From the IMG/VR virus record IMGVR_UViG_3300035661_000054: 64,000 bases of DNA. One strand, 5' to 3'. Every line of letters begins with the position of its first letter. Positions within the stretch are counted from its first letter, which is position 1. Under the pieces are notes generated by a model. That model searched no databases and was not told the DNA's origin. It saw only the letters and a program-made list of their open reading frames with translations. Source of the DNA: a virus. The position numbers and the translations under genes were made by a program. Positions 16,814-26,196 of the stretch are shown piece by piece.

Positions 16814-16884
16814 CCTTGATGAATAACAGCCTTTATGTGGCTTCAAGGATAAGTAGGGTTAAAATCCGAAACTAATGTTATTAA
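16814..16884 (+). repeat. inter-tRNA repeat element copy 8
   Basis: ccttgatgaataacagcctttatgtggcttcaaggataagtagggttaaaatccgaaactaatgttattaatg. Confidence 0.8.
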
Positions 16885-16964
16885 TGGTGAAGTTATTGTA
16901 AAGATAGTATATTGTCTTTGAATAATCTGTTTAGATTTATAATTCCTAACTTCACCCTCAAATT

Positions 16965-17040
16965 GGTCTTGTAGTGTTAGCGGTAAGCACGTAAGCCTGT
17001 CACGCTTATAGGGTGGGTTCGAATCCCATCAAGATCGCCA
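16965..17040 (+). tRNA. tRNA-Asp (anticodon GTC)
   Basis: Acceptor ggtcttg/caagatc, anticodon arm taagc-ctgtcac-gctta perfect, T arm gtggg-ttcgaat-cccat. Confidence 0.8.
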
Positions 17041-17061
17041 GAATTTTAAAAAGGAAAAATT

Positions 17062-17205
17062 ATGGATAATTTAAATACAAATAACCCTTATAATAATCTA
17101 ACTCATGATGAGTTATTGGTTTTAGCGTCTTACTATGTTGATAAATTAGAGAAAACAATTAATAATATAGTTAACACTATTAAAAAAAATAACAATAAAT
17201 CATAA
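17062..17205 (+). CDS. small ORF (47 aa, MDNLNTNNPYNNLTHDELLVLASYYVDKLEKTINNIVNTIKKNNNKS)
   Basis: RBS aaaaaggaaaaattATG directly after tRNA-Asp. Confidence 0.3.
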   Translation: MDNLNTNNPYNNLTHDELLVLASYYVDKLEKTINNIVNTIKKNNNKS

Positions 17206-17370
17206 AATATTTTAATTAACTTTTTAGAAGTTAATGTAATGTTTTTTAGTTTGAACGTTGATTTTGGTTAAGTTAATGTTTTTAGGTATTGTGTTATTTG
17301 AAATTAATTCTCTAATATGGTATAATTAAGGAAAGGTAGATATTTTGCCTTTCCTTTTTTTGGGGGGATT

Positions 17371-18201
17371 ATGGAAGATTATATTAAAAGTTATAAAAAA
17401 AATAAATTAGGTAAAGATTATATTTGTGGTGATATTCATGGCAATAAAGACGAGTTAATGCTTTGTCTTAAAGAAATTAATTTTGATTTTAAAGCGGATA
17501 GATTGTTTTGTTGTGGTGATATAACTGATCGTGGAAGTGATGATTTTGGTTCTATGAGTCTTGTTTATGAGCCTTGGTTTTATTTTGTTTTGGGTAATCA
17601 CGAAAACATAATTGCTTCTCGTTTTTTTCGAAATGCTGAAGCTAATGGAACACTCTGGGCTTTAATGATTTCAGAAAATCCAGATTTATATCCAGAAGAA
17701 TATAAAGCTTTATCATCTTATATTGATTTTATTAGAAAAGCTCCACTTTGTATCGAATTGGAAACGGATAATGGTTTAATTGGTATTTCTCATTCTTACA
17801 CTGATGATTCTTGGTATAAAGTATTAAAACAATCTAAACTTGATTATGAATTAATTAATAAAAATGGTTATAAATTTTTTGAATGCTTAATGTTTTGGGA
17901 TAGAAGAATTAAAATTCCAAAATATCAAGATTATTTGAAAAAAAATCCTATTGATGGTGTTGATTATATTTTTCATGGTCATACTATTATGTATAGCGGA
18001 AATAAAACAATACCAAAAGCTTTTGCTAATCATGTTTATATTGATACTGGATTTTTTTTAGGAAATTGGAAAAGTTCTTTATTTAGAGGAAATTTTACTA
18101 TTTACGATGTAAGTGATGAATTATTTAATTTATTTACAGTTGATTTCAGAATGAAAAAAGTTTATAATAATATTTTAAATTTTTATGATATTTTGCAGTG
18201 A
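17371..18201 (+). CDS. PPP-family serine/threonine protein phosphatase (lambda-phosphatase/ApaH-like)
   Basis: GDIHGN (GDxHG), GDITDRGSD (GDxxDRG), GNHE motifs in canonical order and spacing. Confidence 0.7.
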   Translation: MEDYIKSYKKNKLGKDYICGDIHGNKDELMLCLKEINFDFKADRLFCCGDITDRGSDDFGSMSLVYEPWFYFVLGNHENIIASRFFRNAEANGTLWALMISENPDLYPEEYKALSSYIDFIRKAPLCIELETDNGLIGISHSYTDDSWYKVLKQSKLDYELINKNGYKFFECLMFWDRRIKIPKYQDYLKKNPIDGVDYIFHGHTIMYSGNKTIPKAFANHVYIDTGFFLGNWKSSLFRGNFTIYDVSDELFNLFTVDFRMKKVYNNILNFYDILQ

Positions 18202-18211
18202 GGTGTTTCTT

Positions 18212-18988
18212 ATGTTTAAGTCTTTTTTATTTTTATTGTCATTTTTATTTGTCCAAATCTCTTATGCTGGTTATGAAGAACTATATTCAAAAGAGCAATT
18301 AAGTAATAATTTAAAATCGTGTTCTGGTTTGTTTTTTAATTCTAAATCTGAAGAATTAAAAAATAAAATAAATTCAAAAAATATATTTGGGTATTGTTCT
18401 GATGAGTTTGGTGTTATTTATAGTGGTGAAACAAAAACCCCATTAGTTGTTTTTGAAAAGCTTAACAAACAAAAACTAAAAGAAGGTGGCGAGGAAAGAA
18501 CGGATAATTTTTATTCAGATCCAAGAATTAAGAGTAATTTTTCAGCAAATTTAAGTGATTACAAGAATTCTGGTTATGATCGTGGTCACATGTTTCCAGC
18601 AGCTGACTCAAGTACACCTAATGCTATGGCGCAAAGCTTTTCTTTAAGTAATGTTGTTCCTCAAAACCCACAAAATAATAGAAAAATATGGAGTAAAGTT
18701 GAATCAGATGTTAGAAAATTTGTATCACGCTCTAATGGTGATTTTTATATTGTAACTGGTGTGCTTTTTAAAGATAAGAATCAAAAAGTAATTGGAGATA
18801 ATGTTTATGTTCCAAGTCATTTATATAAAATTGTATATAATGATCAAACAAAAAGATCAATGGTTTTTTTAACTGAAAACTCTGAGAAAGGTAATCCCTT
18901 TCCGCCAATTTCTCTCGATGAGTTTGATAAAATGTTGACAGATGATAAATTTCATAGTAATATTAAATATAGTTTAATTTTTAAATAA
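18212..18988 (+). CDS. secreted DNA/RNA non-specific endonuclease (EndoG/Serratia NucA family)
   Basis: Signal peptide MFKSFLFLLSFLFVQISYA; active-site DRGHMFP (DRGH motif) and downstream N..P motif; ATG at 18212 with RBS tgaggtg preferred over track start 18185. Confidence 0.7.
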   Translation: MFKSFLFLLSFLFVQISYAGYEELYSKEQLSNNLKSCSGLFFNSKSEELKNKINSKNIFGYCSDEFGVIYSGETKTPLVVFEKLNKQKLKEGGEERTDNFYSDPRIKSNFSANLSDYKNSGYDRGHMFPAADSSTPNAMAQSFSLSNVVPQNPQNNRKIWSKVESDVRKFVSRSNGDFYIVTGVLFKDKNQKVIGDNVYVPSHLYKIVYNDQTKRSMVFLTENSEKGNPFPPISLDEFDKMLTDDKFHSNIKYSLIFK

Positions 18989-18999
18989 GGAGTTTTAAA

Positions 19000-19194
19000 A
19001 TGAGTGGAGTAAGGCGTGTATCAACACCAGAGCCAACAAAAGAAGAAATTTTAGAAGCTATTTCTATTATTGAAAAAACAATAAAAGAAGAAGAAGCTAT
19101 TTTAAATGATAAAGCCATTCTTGACTTGATTGATAAAAGCAAAACAGAAAGAAAATTTAGTTTATTAAAGTGGAGAGATTCTTCTAATGATTAA
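19000..19194 (+). CDS. hypothetical protein
   Basis: 64-aa ORF with RBS aaggagttttaaaATG. Confidence 0.35.
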   Translation: MSGVRRVSTPEPTKEEILEAISIIEKTIKEEEAILNDKAILDLIDKSKTERKFSLLKWRDSSND

Positions 19195-19558
19195 AATTAT
19201 TTCTTTTCTTTTTTTATTTAGTTTTTTAGGATTAGCTCAAGCAAGTAGTTATAGTGAAATAATTAAAGCAACTTTTTCTGTTGGTGGCTTATGTTATCAA
19301 GTAACTGACAGAACCTCTCAATCTTTTAAAGACGCAGACTTGAACAGGGTTAAATCTTGTTTCTTTTTAAAAGATATGGATAGAAGGGGATGTGATAATA
19401 AATCTTGTGGTGATTTAGAGAGTTGGTCTAAAGATAAAACTTGGTTTACAAAAGAATCTTACGCTGATTGGGATGCTATGGCTGAAGAAAAATTATTCAA
19501 TTCTCGTTCTAAGGGTAGAGAATTACTTCAGGAGCAAATCAATAAGGTTGGTAAATAA
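19187..19558 (+). CDS. secreted Cys-containing protein
   Basis: Signal peptide MIKIISFLFLFSFLGLAQA; 6 Cys; overlapping start/stop with neighbours (operon). Confidence 0.45.
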   Translation: MIKIISFLFLFSFLGLAQASSYSEIIKATFSVGGLCYQVTDRTSQSFKDADLNRVKSCFFLKDMDRRGCDNKSCGDLESWSKDKTWFTKESYADWDAMAEEKLFNSRSKGRELLQEQINKVGK

Positions 19559-20007
19559 TGTATCAAAATCTTGCAAATGAATACAAGCTAAAAGTTATTT
19601 CTTTTATTTTATTTTTTAGAAATTATTTTTTAACCTCTCTTCTTTTTATTTGCGCAATTCCTTTTTTGATAATTTTGTTGGATTCAAGTATTAAATCTAA
19701 TCAAAATACTTACTTTTTTATCTGTTTTTATGCTTTCTTTTTGATTGTTTTTTATTTTATGTCAACTTGGAGTTTTTGGAATTATTTATTGAAAAATTAT
19801 AATCATTTTAACAAATATAATTATGATGAGTTTTTTAAAAAAAGGATGAAAGAAGAGTATTTAAGAAATAAAGTATTTGTAAATATTCCAGTGTTAATGC
19901 ATTTTGTAGCAATGGAAAAAGCTTATATTGAATCAGAAAAAGAAAAAGCATTTGAAAGAAATCTTAAAAATTTAGAAGAAAAAGAATTACCAGAATTTTT
20001 AAGGTAG
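19558..20007 (+). CDS. membrane protein (2-3 TM)
   Basis: Hydrophobic N-terminal half, ATGA overlap with upstream gene. Confidence 0.4.
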   Translation: MYQNLANEYKLKVISFILFFRNYFLTSLLFICAIPFLIILLDSSIKSNQNTYFFICFYAFFLIVFYFMSTWSFWNYLLKNYNHFNKYNYDEFFKKRMKEEYLRNKVFVNIPVLMHFVAMEKAYIESEKEKAFERNLKNLEEKELPEFLR

Positions 20008-20231
20008 AAGCAAGGATACTGAATAACAAAATATCTCACCGTCAAAATAGAAATGTTTTGTTTAGCTTGTCGATATGTTGTTTTTGATTTTTTAAATAAA
20101 AGAAATATGTTTTACATATATTGACTTTATGGTGTTAATGGTGTTAATATCTGATTGCGTAACAATCAAGTACAAAGAAAACAGAAAAATAAATTCTTTC
20201 TGTTATTTTAAATTTAAGAGGTGTTTTTAAA

Positions 20232-20963
20232 ATGCATAAAAAAGATAATAAAAGCTGTGATTTTTGTGAATTAATTGTTGAAGCAAAATGTCCATGTAGA
20301 AATTATTTGTTTTCTATTTCTTTAATGAATTATATTAAAAATAAATTAAATATTAATTATATAAAATTTGGAACTTTAGAAGATTTTGATAATTATGAAT
20401 CATGGTTAAAGGAAAAACATCCTTACGTTTATCGTCTTGGATTAATTATGGATAAATTTCAAGATTTATTTTGCTTTATTCCAGAAAAAATAAGAAACAT
20501 AAGAAGTTATATAAATAATAGATTTATTAACAAAACGCATTACTTAGATACAAGACTTGAAAAAGGTCAATGGTTTGATTTTGATGCAAGAGTTTTTCAT
20601 GGATTAATGAATGAGTTTCAAAAATATGTCGAAAACGAAGTAGCTGAAATGAATAAAGCTTTAAGTGATAGGTCTTTATTAAAAGAAAGAAAAGATTGGA
20701 CTAAACGGGATTGGGCTTTGAATTATTTTGATTGGGAGATAAATGAAACGTCTGAACATCAATCTGAGTCAGCAAAAATTAAAAAAGAAATTTATTTATG
20801 GTGGCTTGATGTTTATCCTAAAAGAATAGATCCTTATAAATTATCAAGCGAAAGAAATATAGAATCATATCACAAAACATGGAATGAAATTGAAAGACAA
20901 ACATCTGAAGATACTGAAATGTTAATTAAATTAATTAAAGTTAGAGGCTCTTGCTGGACTTAA
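20232..20963 (+). CDS. hypothetical protein
   Basis: 243-aa ORF, RBS aagaggtgtttttaaaATG. Confidence 0.45.
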   Translation: MHKKDNKSCDFCELIVEAKCPCRNYLFSISLMNYIKNKLNINYIKFGTLEDFDNYESWLKEKHPYVYRLGLIMDKFQDLFCFIPEKIRNIRSYINNRFINKTHYLDTRLEKGQWFDFDARVFHGLMNEFQKYVENEVAEMNKALSDRSLLKERKDWTKRDWALNYFDWEINETSEHQSESAKIKKEIYLWWLDVYPKRIDPYKLSSERNIESYHKTWNEIERQTSEDTEMLIKLIKVRGSCWT

Positions 20964-21320
20964 ACTTTATTTGATTTGCTTCTTTCTTAATACAAAACAA
21001 TGTATTAAGAAAGAAACAATCCTAAGATTGTTTCTAAGTCAACCATAGTTGGACGCCTTAATTTATTGAATTTCGGATTGCCACTTATGGTTTGGATGTG
21101 ATTACTCATCATCTTTCCAGTCTAAGTTACTGGATTACTCATGTCTTCGTCATCAAATGACACATATTCTAAAAAAGAACATGCGCTACATTTGATCGGA
21201 CCCACTCATCTTGCAATGTTGGAGGTGCTTCGTAATTGATTTAAGGTTTCCATTCCTTAAGCTTGCACTAAGCTTGACTTTTTCGTGAAGTCTACCGTTA
21301 TTGCAGTTGCCTACTATCGA

Positions 21321-21632
21321 TTACTCAATAGTAACAAGTAACCACTGGATGGTGGCACCAGCAGGAAGCGTGATTGAACCTTCTTCAAGGCGAGGACCAC
21401 GATACTGACCAACTAACGCGCTTTCGCCTTTATTCAAGACTACAGTAACACGATTCATTGGAACATTACAACCTAAAACACTACCAAACACATTAGCTGT
21501 GTCAGCATGTCCTACAGCGCTTTCACACTGAGGGGCTAAAGTTTTAGCTTCTTCCAGAGACAACTCCTTCACTTGAAAAGATGCAGGAAAATCTGCAATC
21601 ATATTCAAAGAAAAAGCGTTAAGGATTTTCAT
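21321..21632 (-). CDS. conserved hypothetical protein in GC-rich islet (likely horizontally acquired)
   Basis: Clearly higher GC than surroundings; RBS ggagattagg before ATG (MKILNAF...); no family assignable from sequence alone. Confidence 0.5.
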   Translation of the reverse strand: MKILNAFSLNMIADFPASFQVKELSLEEAKTLAPQCESAVGHADTANVFGSVLGCNVPMNRVTVVLNKGESALVGQYRGPRLEEGSITLPAGATIQWLLVTIE

Positions 21633-21950
21633 CCTAATCTCCAAACCAGTCCTTATAGAACAAATTTCCATTTAGAATTACCTAAACTTTATATTGAATT
21701 TTCGGACAAAGGTTTACCCTTATACAGCAGGGTTTTGTAAATTAACTCCTGTATGAGTATAAAATTTCACCTGAAAGGTGAATTCAAAAAAAACAAAAAA
21801 TAGAAAATATATCCTAAGTATTAAAAATTATTTTTATTTTAATATAATTTTAAATTATTGTATATTTAATTACTGGTTTTTTTCTAAAATTTGACTTTTT
21901 TTCATGTTTTTGCTAAACTTAAAAAATTATAATTTTTAAGTGAGGTTTTT

Positions 21951-22973
21951 ATGGGTGGTAATGCGATAAAAAAAGTTGGTGTTGAACCTGTTAGAATTGG
22001 TAAAAACACATATAACGAAGTCGTTAGTTCTGTTTTAAGTTTTTTAAATAGTTTAGAAGAAAATGATGTAAAGCCATGCAAAGCAAAGGAGACAAAAACT
22101 TTTGACTCTAAAGATGATTTTGGTGATCTTGATGTTTTATTGTCTTTTGATGGTGGTTTTTTGAGGGATAAGTTTGAAGTTGTTTTTAATGAATTTTGTA
22201 ATGGTTCAAAATTTAAGTATGTTAATAATGGTCCTGTAACATCTTTTGTTTTTTTATTAAAAAACGAAGAGAGTTTTCAGATAGATATTAACTATGTTCC
22301 TAAAAGTGAATTTGAGATAGCTTATAATTATCATGGCAATGGCGATCTTGGTAATTTTTTAGGTAGAATTTTTCACGGAATTGGCTTAAAATTTGGTCAT
22401 GATGGTCTTTGGTATATTCATAAAAATGACACTTATGTTGTTGGAGAAATTTTATTGTCAAATGATTTCTCAGAAATACTAAAAGTTATTGGTTTAGATT
22501 TTAAAGATGTAAAATTCAATAACAATAATGAAGTTTATGATTTTGTTATGAGTTCACCATTTTTTCATCCTAATTATTTTAGTTTTGAATTTAGAAACCA
22601 TGAGGCAAGAGTGCGTGATAGAAAGAGACCAAGTTATACTGCTTTCTTAAATTACATGGACAAATTTAAATTTAGAGAAAAACCTTTAGCTGGCAAAGAT
22701 TATGCTATTGTTGTTGTTAATTACTTTGATAAGATGAAAGATTATATTGATTTAATTCAAAAAGAGGCTGGTAGGCTTGCTGTTAAGGCTGTATTGGATG
22801 CAACAAATGTAAGTAATATTTCAGGTTTCAAAGATGTTGAGTTAGGTAATTTAATGAAGCAATTAAAGTCTCTTGAAAGTTTTAATGCTGAAAGAGTTCT
22901 TCATAGTGGTTTTGATAAAAGCTTTAAAAATTTAAAAGAATTACTAAAACCTGTTGGTGTAAATGGTTCTTAA
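21951..22973 (+). CDS. hypothetical protein
   Basis: 340-aa ORF, RBS tgaggtttttATG, promoter-like TTGACT-N17-TAAACT upstream. Confidence 0.45.
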   Translation: MGGNAIKKVGVEPVRIGKNTYNEVVSSVLSFLNSLEENDVKPCKAKETKTFDSKDDFGDLDVLLSFDGGFLRDKFEVVFNEFCNGSKFKYVNNGPVTSFVFLLKNEESFQIDINYVPKSEFEIAYNYHGNGDLGNFLGRIFHGIGLKFGHDGLWYIHKNDTYVVGEILLSNDFSEILKVIGLDFKDVKFNNNNEVYDFVMSSPFFHPNYFSFEFRNHEARVRDRKRPSYTAFLNYMDKFKFREKPLAGKDYAIVVVNYFDKMKDYIDLIQKEAGRLAVKAVLDATNVSNISGFKDVELGNLMKQLKSLESFNAERVLHSGFDKSFKNLKELLKPVGVNGS

Positions 22974-23096
22974 TTTGTTAAGTGATTAATTTTAGAAATA
23001 TTAAAAACAAAGAAAAGGTGGATTAATTCTACCTTTTTTGACTTTTAAGTGTTTTTTTGTTAAAATATAGGTTATTAGATGTTTTAGGATTTAATT

Positions 23097-23372
23097 ATGT
23101 GTAAAAAATTATTTTTTGTAAAAGTTAAGAAAGAAGATAAAGATATTATTTTATGTTCTTTTTCTAAAGAAGATCCATTTAAGTTTAATGTGAGTATTGA
23201 GGATGGTTTTGACTTTTTTGATTCAAGCTTAGGGTTGGGTGTTAAAGGTAGTTTTGCATCATTAAGTTGTACTGAGTTTAATTTATTTTTTGGTGATAGA
23301 TTAAAAAGATATTTGGGTAACTGGGCAGATATTAAAAATTTTGATTATAATTTTACTTATTTTTTGCGGTAA
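23097..23372 (+). CDS. hypothetical protein
   Basis: 91-aa ORF. Confidence 0.3.
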   Translation: MCKKLFFVKVKKEDKDIILCSFSKEDPFKFNVSIEDGFDFFDSSLGLGVKGSFASLSCTEFNLFFGDRLKRYLGNWADIKNFDYNFTYFLR

Positions 23373-23377
23373 TTTTA

Positions 23378-24127
23378 ATGGAATTAATTTACGGTTCTAC
23401 AGCCATAAAACACTGGTATCCTGATTTTAATAGATTGCCAAAAGATGTTGATATATTAACCGATATTGAAAAAGAAAACTCTAATGGGGTTGAGTTTTAT
23501 CATCATTCTATTATTTCAAAAATAATGATTTTAAATGAAGATGAGCAATATTTAGATTCTAACTTGATTTATACTTTTAAAATATCACATTTATCTTACC
23601 CTATTAACTGGGATAAACACATGAAAGATGCTATTTTTTTACAAGAAAAAGGTTGTGTTTTAAATTATGATGTTTATCTTATGCTTATGGAGCTTTGGGA
23701 GGAGATTCATAGTAAAAAATATGGTTCTAAAAGTAAAATCAACCTAAACACAAATAATCAAAGTTTTTTTAATGGTAATGTAAAAAGAAAATATGATCAT
23801 GATTGGTTGCATGAACAATTTGCTTTTTATGATAGACCATTACATGAATCAATAAGAAGGGATATGAACAATCCTTTTCCTGTTAAAGAAAAGTGGGATG
23901 CTTTAAGTCATGAAGATAAAATAAAATGTGCATTAGAAGAGTGTTATGTTATTGCATTTGAACGTTTTTCTGATTTACCTTATAGAATTGCTTTAATAAA
24001 ATCAATTAAAAAATTAATTACAACAATGACTAAAGGTTGGTTTAATTTATTTTTGAAAGAAAATTTCAAAGATTTGATTAATTTTAACGATGAGCACTAT
24101 AAAAAAGTATTTAGTTCTTTAGTTTGA
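23378..24127 (+). CDS. possible nucleotidyltransferase-fold protein
   Basis: N-terminal YGSTAIKHWYPDFNRLPKDVDIL resembles GS-x(n)-DxD Pol-beta-like NTase signature, spacer longer than usual. Confidence 0.35.
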   Translation: MELIYGSTAIKHWYPDFNRLPKDVDILTDIEKENSNGVEFYHHSIISKIMILNEDEQYLDSNLIYTFKISHLSYPINWDKHMKDAIFLQEKGCVLNYDVYLMLMELWEEIHSKKYGSKSKINLNTNNQSFFNGNVKRKYDHDWLHEQFAFYDRPLHESIRRDMNNPFPVKEKWDALSHEDKIKCALEECYVIAFERFSDLPYRIALIKSIKKLITTMTKGWFNLFLKENFKDLINFNDEHYKKVFSSLV

Positions 24128-24181
24128 TTTTTTTGGTTTTTGTGTTAATATTATCCAATGTTTTCATTTAAAGGGGTTTTT

Positions 24182-25399
24182 ATGAAATTGGTTACAGGTC
24201 TTGAAGAAAGAGAAAATAAAAAAGAGCGTCATGAAGAAATAGGTTTTATTTATTCTGATATTGAAGGTATGTATTGGAATGAAACTATGGCTGTTCAATT
24301 TACAGAAAGTGAAATAGATACTTTGGAAGAGGCTGGGACTTATTGTCATAATTTAGCTATGAAAGCTGTTGAATTAATTATAGAAAGTGAAGATGATATT
24401 CAATTATTACAGATAGGTATTCCTAAAGATTTAATTCCATTGGTTCGTTCATCTTGGGCGGAAAGAGATAAAAATCCAAGCCTATATGGAAGGTTTGATT
24501 TTGCACTTACATTTAATGAAAAAGGTGAATTAGTGCCACGTTGTTATGAATACAATGCGGATACGCCTACTTCTTTATTTGAAGCTTCTATTGTTCAATG
24601 GCAGTGGCTTGAAGATTCTGGATTAAATGATCAGTTTAATTTTATTCATGAAAGTCTTGTTATGGCTTGGGATAAGGTAAAAGAAAAACTTGGAGAAAAT
24701 TCTCGATATTATTTAACTGCACTGCCAACAAGAGAAGATTGGTCTACTGTTGTTTATTTACAAGATACTGCATTAGAATCAGGTATCAATTATTGTGACA
24801 CTATTGATATTATTGATATTTCATTAAATCATGAAAAAGGTTTATTTGTTGATAATCGTAATCATTCTCATCAAGAAAAGCATATTGACGTTTTGTTCAA
24901 GCTTTACCCTTGGGAGTATTTGGTTAATGATGAGTTCTTTCCGTATATTGCGGGTTCAAAAACAACATTTATTGAACCAGCATGGAAATTAGTGCTTTCA
25001 TCAAAAGGCTTGTTGGCTAAAATGTATGAATTAGAACCAGAATGTCCTTATTTAATACCTACAAGGCTTGCTGATGAAGATGATTTAACTGTTTTATCTA
25101 ACTTAAGGAATGATAAATATTTTGTTAATTCATCTGAAAGTTATGTTATTAAGCCTTGTCTGTCAAGAGAAGGTTCAGGAGTTTTAATTGTAAAAGATGG
25201 AAAAATAACTAAAACTGAGTCAGATTTGAGAAACTCAAAACAACATATTATTCAGGATTATGTTCCTTCTTATAAAACAGAAAAAGGAACGATTATGGCT
25301 GGTGTTTGGGTTATTAACGATGTTTCTTGTGGAATGGGTATTCGTTTGGATGGCGATATTACAGGAAATAATGCTCAATTTATTCCTCATTTTTTCTAA
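24182..25399 (+). CDS. glutathionylspermidine synthase-like (pre-ATP-grasp / GspS family) protein
   Basis: YGRFDFALTF..RCYEYNADTPTSLFEASIVQWQW matches GSP_synth family core (RFD...E.NaDTP); start at ATG 24182 after aaagggg RBS. Confidence 0.55.
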   Translation: MKLVTGLEERENKKERHEEIGFIYSDIEGMYWNETMAVQFTESEIDTLEEAGTYCHNLAMKAVELIIESEDDIQLLQIGIPKDLIPLVRSSWAERDKNPSLYGRFDFALTFNEKGELVPRCYEYNADTPTSLFEASIVQWQWLEDSGLNDQFNFIHESLVMAWDKVKEKLGENSRYYLTALPTREDWSTVVYLQDTALESGINYCDTIDIIDISLNHEKGLFVDNRNHSHQEKHIDVLFKLYPWEYLVNDEFFPYIAGSKTTFIEPAWKLVLSSKGLLAKMYELEPECPYLIPTRLADEDDLTVLSNLRNDKYFVNSSESYVIKPCLSREGSGVLIVKDGKITKTESDLRNSKQHIIQDYVPSYKTEKGTIMAGVWVINDVSCGMGIRLDGDITGNNAQFIPHFF

Positions 25400-25451
25400 A
25401 TGGTATTTTGTTGATTATCAAAAAAAGAAGTTATTAAATTGATTTTTAGTA

Positions 25452-25479
25452 TTGACAGATTTTTTAAATGTGGTATAAT
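25452..25479 (+). promoter_or_regulatory. sigma70-type promoter TTGACA-N16-TGgTATAAT upstream of pspA homologue
   Basis: TTGACA 25452-25457, TGGTATAAT 25471-25479. Confidence 0.55.
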
Positions 25480-25539
25480 TGTATAAATATTTAGCGTTAA
25501 TCGTTTTATATTTTTTTATTAATTAAAGGAGAAAATATT

Positions 25540-26196
25540 ATGGCAAAAGGTTTTTGGCAAACAGCTTGGACAATGATTGTGGGAACGGCAAATGATGCTT
25601 TGGATAAAGCAGTTGATCCAGCAGTTGTGATGCGTCAAGGTATTCGTGAGTTGGAAAATCAAATTTCAAGCTTTCAACATTCTTTAACAGATGTTATTGC
25701 TCAGAAAAATATGGTTAAGGCTCAATTTAAACAACAACAAGAAGATGCTAATGAATGGAAGGAATTGGCTTCCGTTGCTAAAGCTAAAGGTGATATGGAA
25801 AGCGCACGTAACGCAGCGTCTCGTTCTATTGATTCGCAAGCCACAGCAGACTCTTTAGCTTCTACGCTTGAAACTATTGAGAAAAATATTGTTCAGTTAA
25901 AACAACAATTAGAGCAATTGAAGAACAAAAAAGATCAAGCTGAAATTGAAGTAAAATCTATCGAAGCTCGTACAAAAGCAGCTGATGCTTCTATCGCTGT
26001 TCGGTCAATTGATATTGGTGGAACTGATATGGGTGATATGATTGATTTGGCTCGTAAAAAAGCATCTGAAAAAGAAGCTAAAGCTCAAGCCATGAGTGAA
26101 GTTGCTGATACTGGTAAAGACTTGAAAACTCAAATTCTTTCTGGTGGAAACTCATCATCATCTCAAAAGGTTGATGATTTTTTAGCTAAACTTTAA
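25540..26196 (+). CDS. pspA: PspA/IM30/Vipp1-family protein (phage-shock protein A homologue)
   Basis: N-terminus ANDALDKAVDPAVVMRQGIRELENQI aligns to PspA [25 protein letters not shown]; coiled-coil throughout; about 218 aa. Confidence 0.7.
   Translation: MAKGFWQTAWTMIVGTANDALDKAVDPAVVMRQGIRELENQISSFQHSLTDVIAQKNMVKAQFKQQQEDANEWKELASVAKAKGDMESARNAASRSIDSQATADSLASTLETIEKNIVQLKQQLEQLKNKKDQAEIEVKSIEARTKAADASIAVRSIDIGGTDMGDMIDLARKKASEKEAKAQAMSEVADTGKDLKTQILSGGNSSSSQKVDDFLAKL

Noticed and set aside
16886-16964. Hairpin ggtgaagtt...aacttcacc with 55-nt loop (possible degenerate tRNA)
   Set aside because: No T-loop motif, no anticodon arm, no CCA; may be a spacer structure only
12600-17050. CRISPR array? 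(regularly spaced repeats)
   Set aside because: Repeats are about 70 nt, imperfect, and the spacers are tRNA genes of variable length; no cas genes. This is a tRNA array with a conserved inter-tRNA element, not CRISPR
24164-24349. 61-aa minus ORF
   Set aside because: Antisense to GspS-like gene
25260-25442. 60-aa plus ORF overlapping 3' end of GspS-like gene
   Set aside because: Nested off-frame, hydrophobic low-complexity
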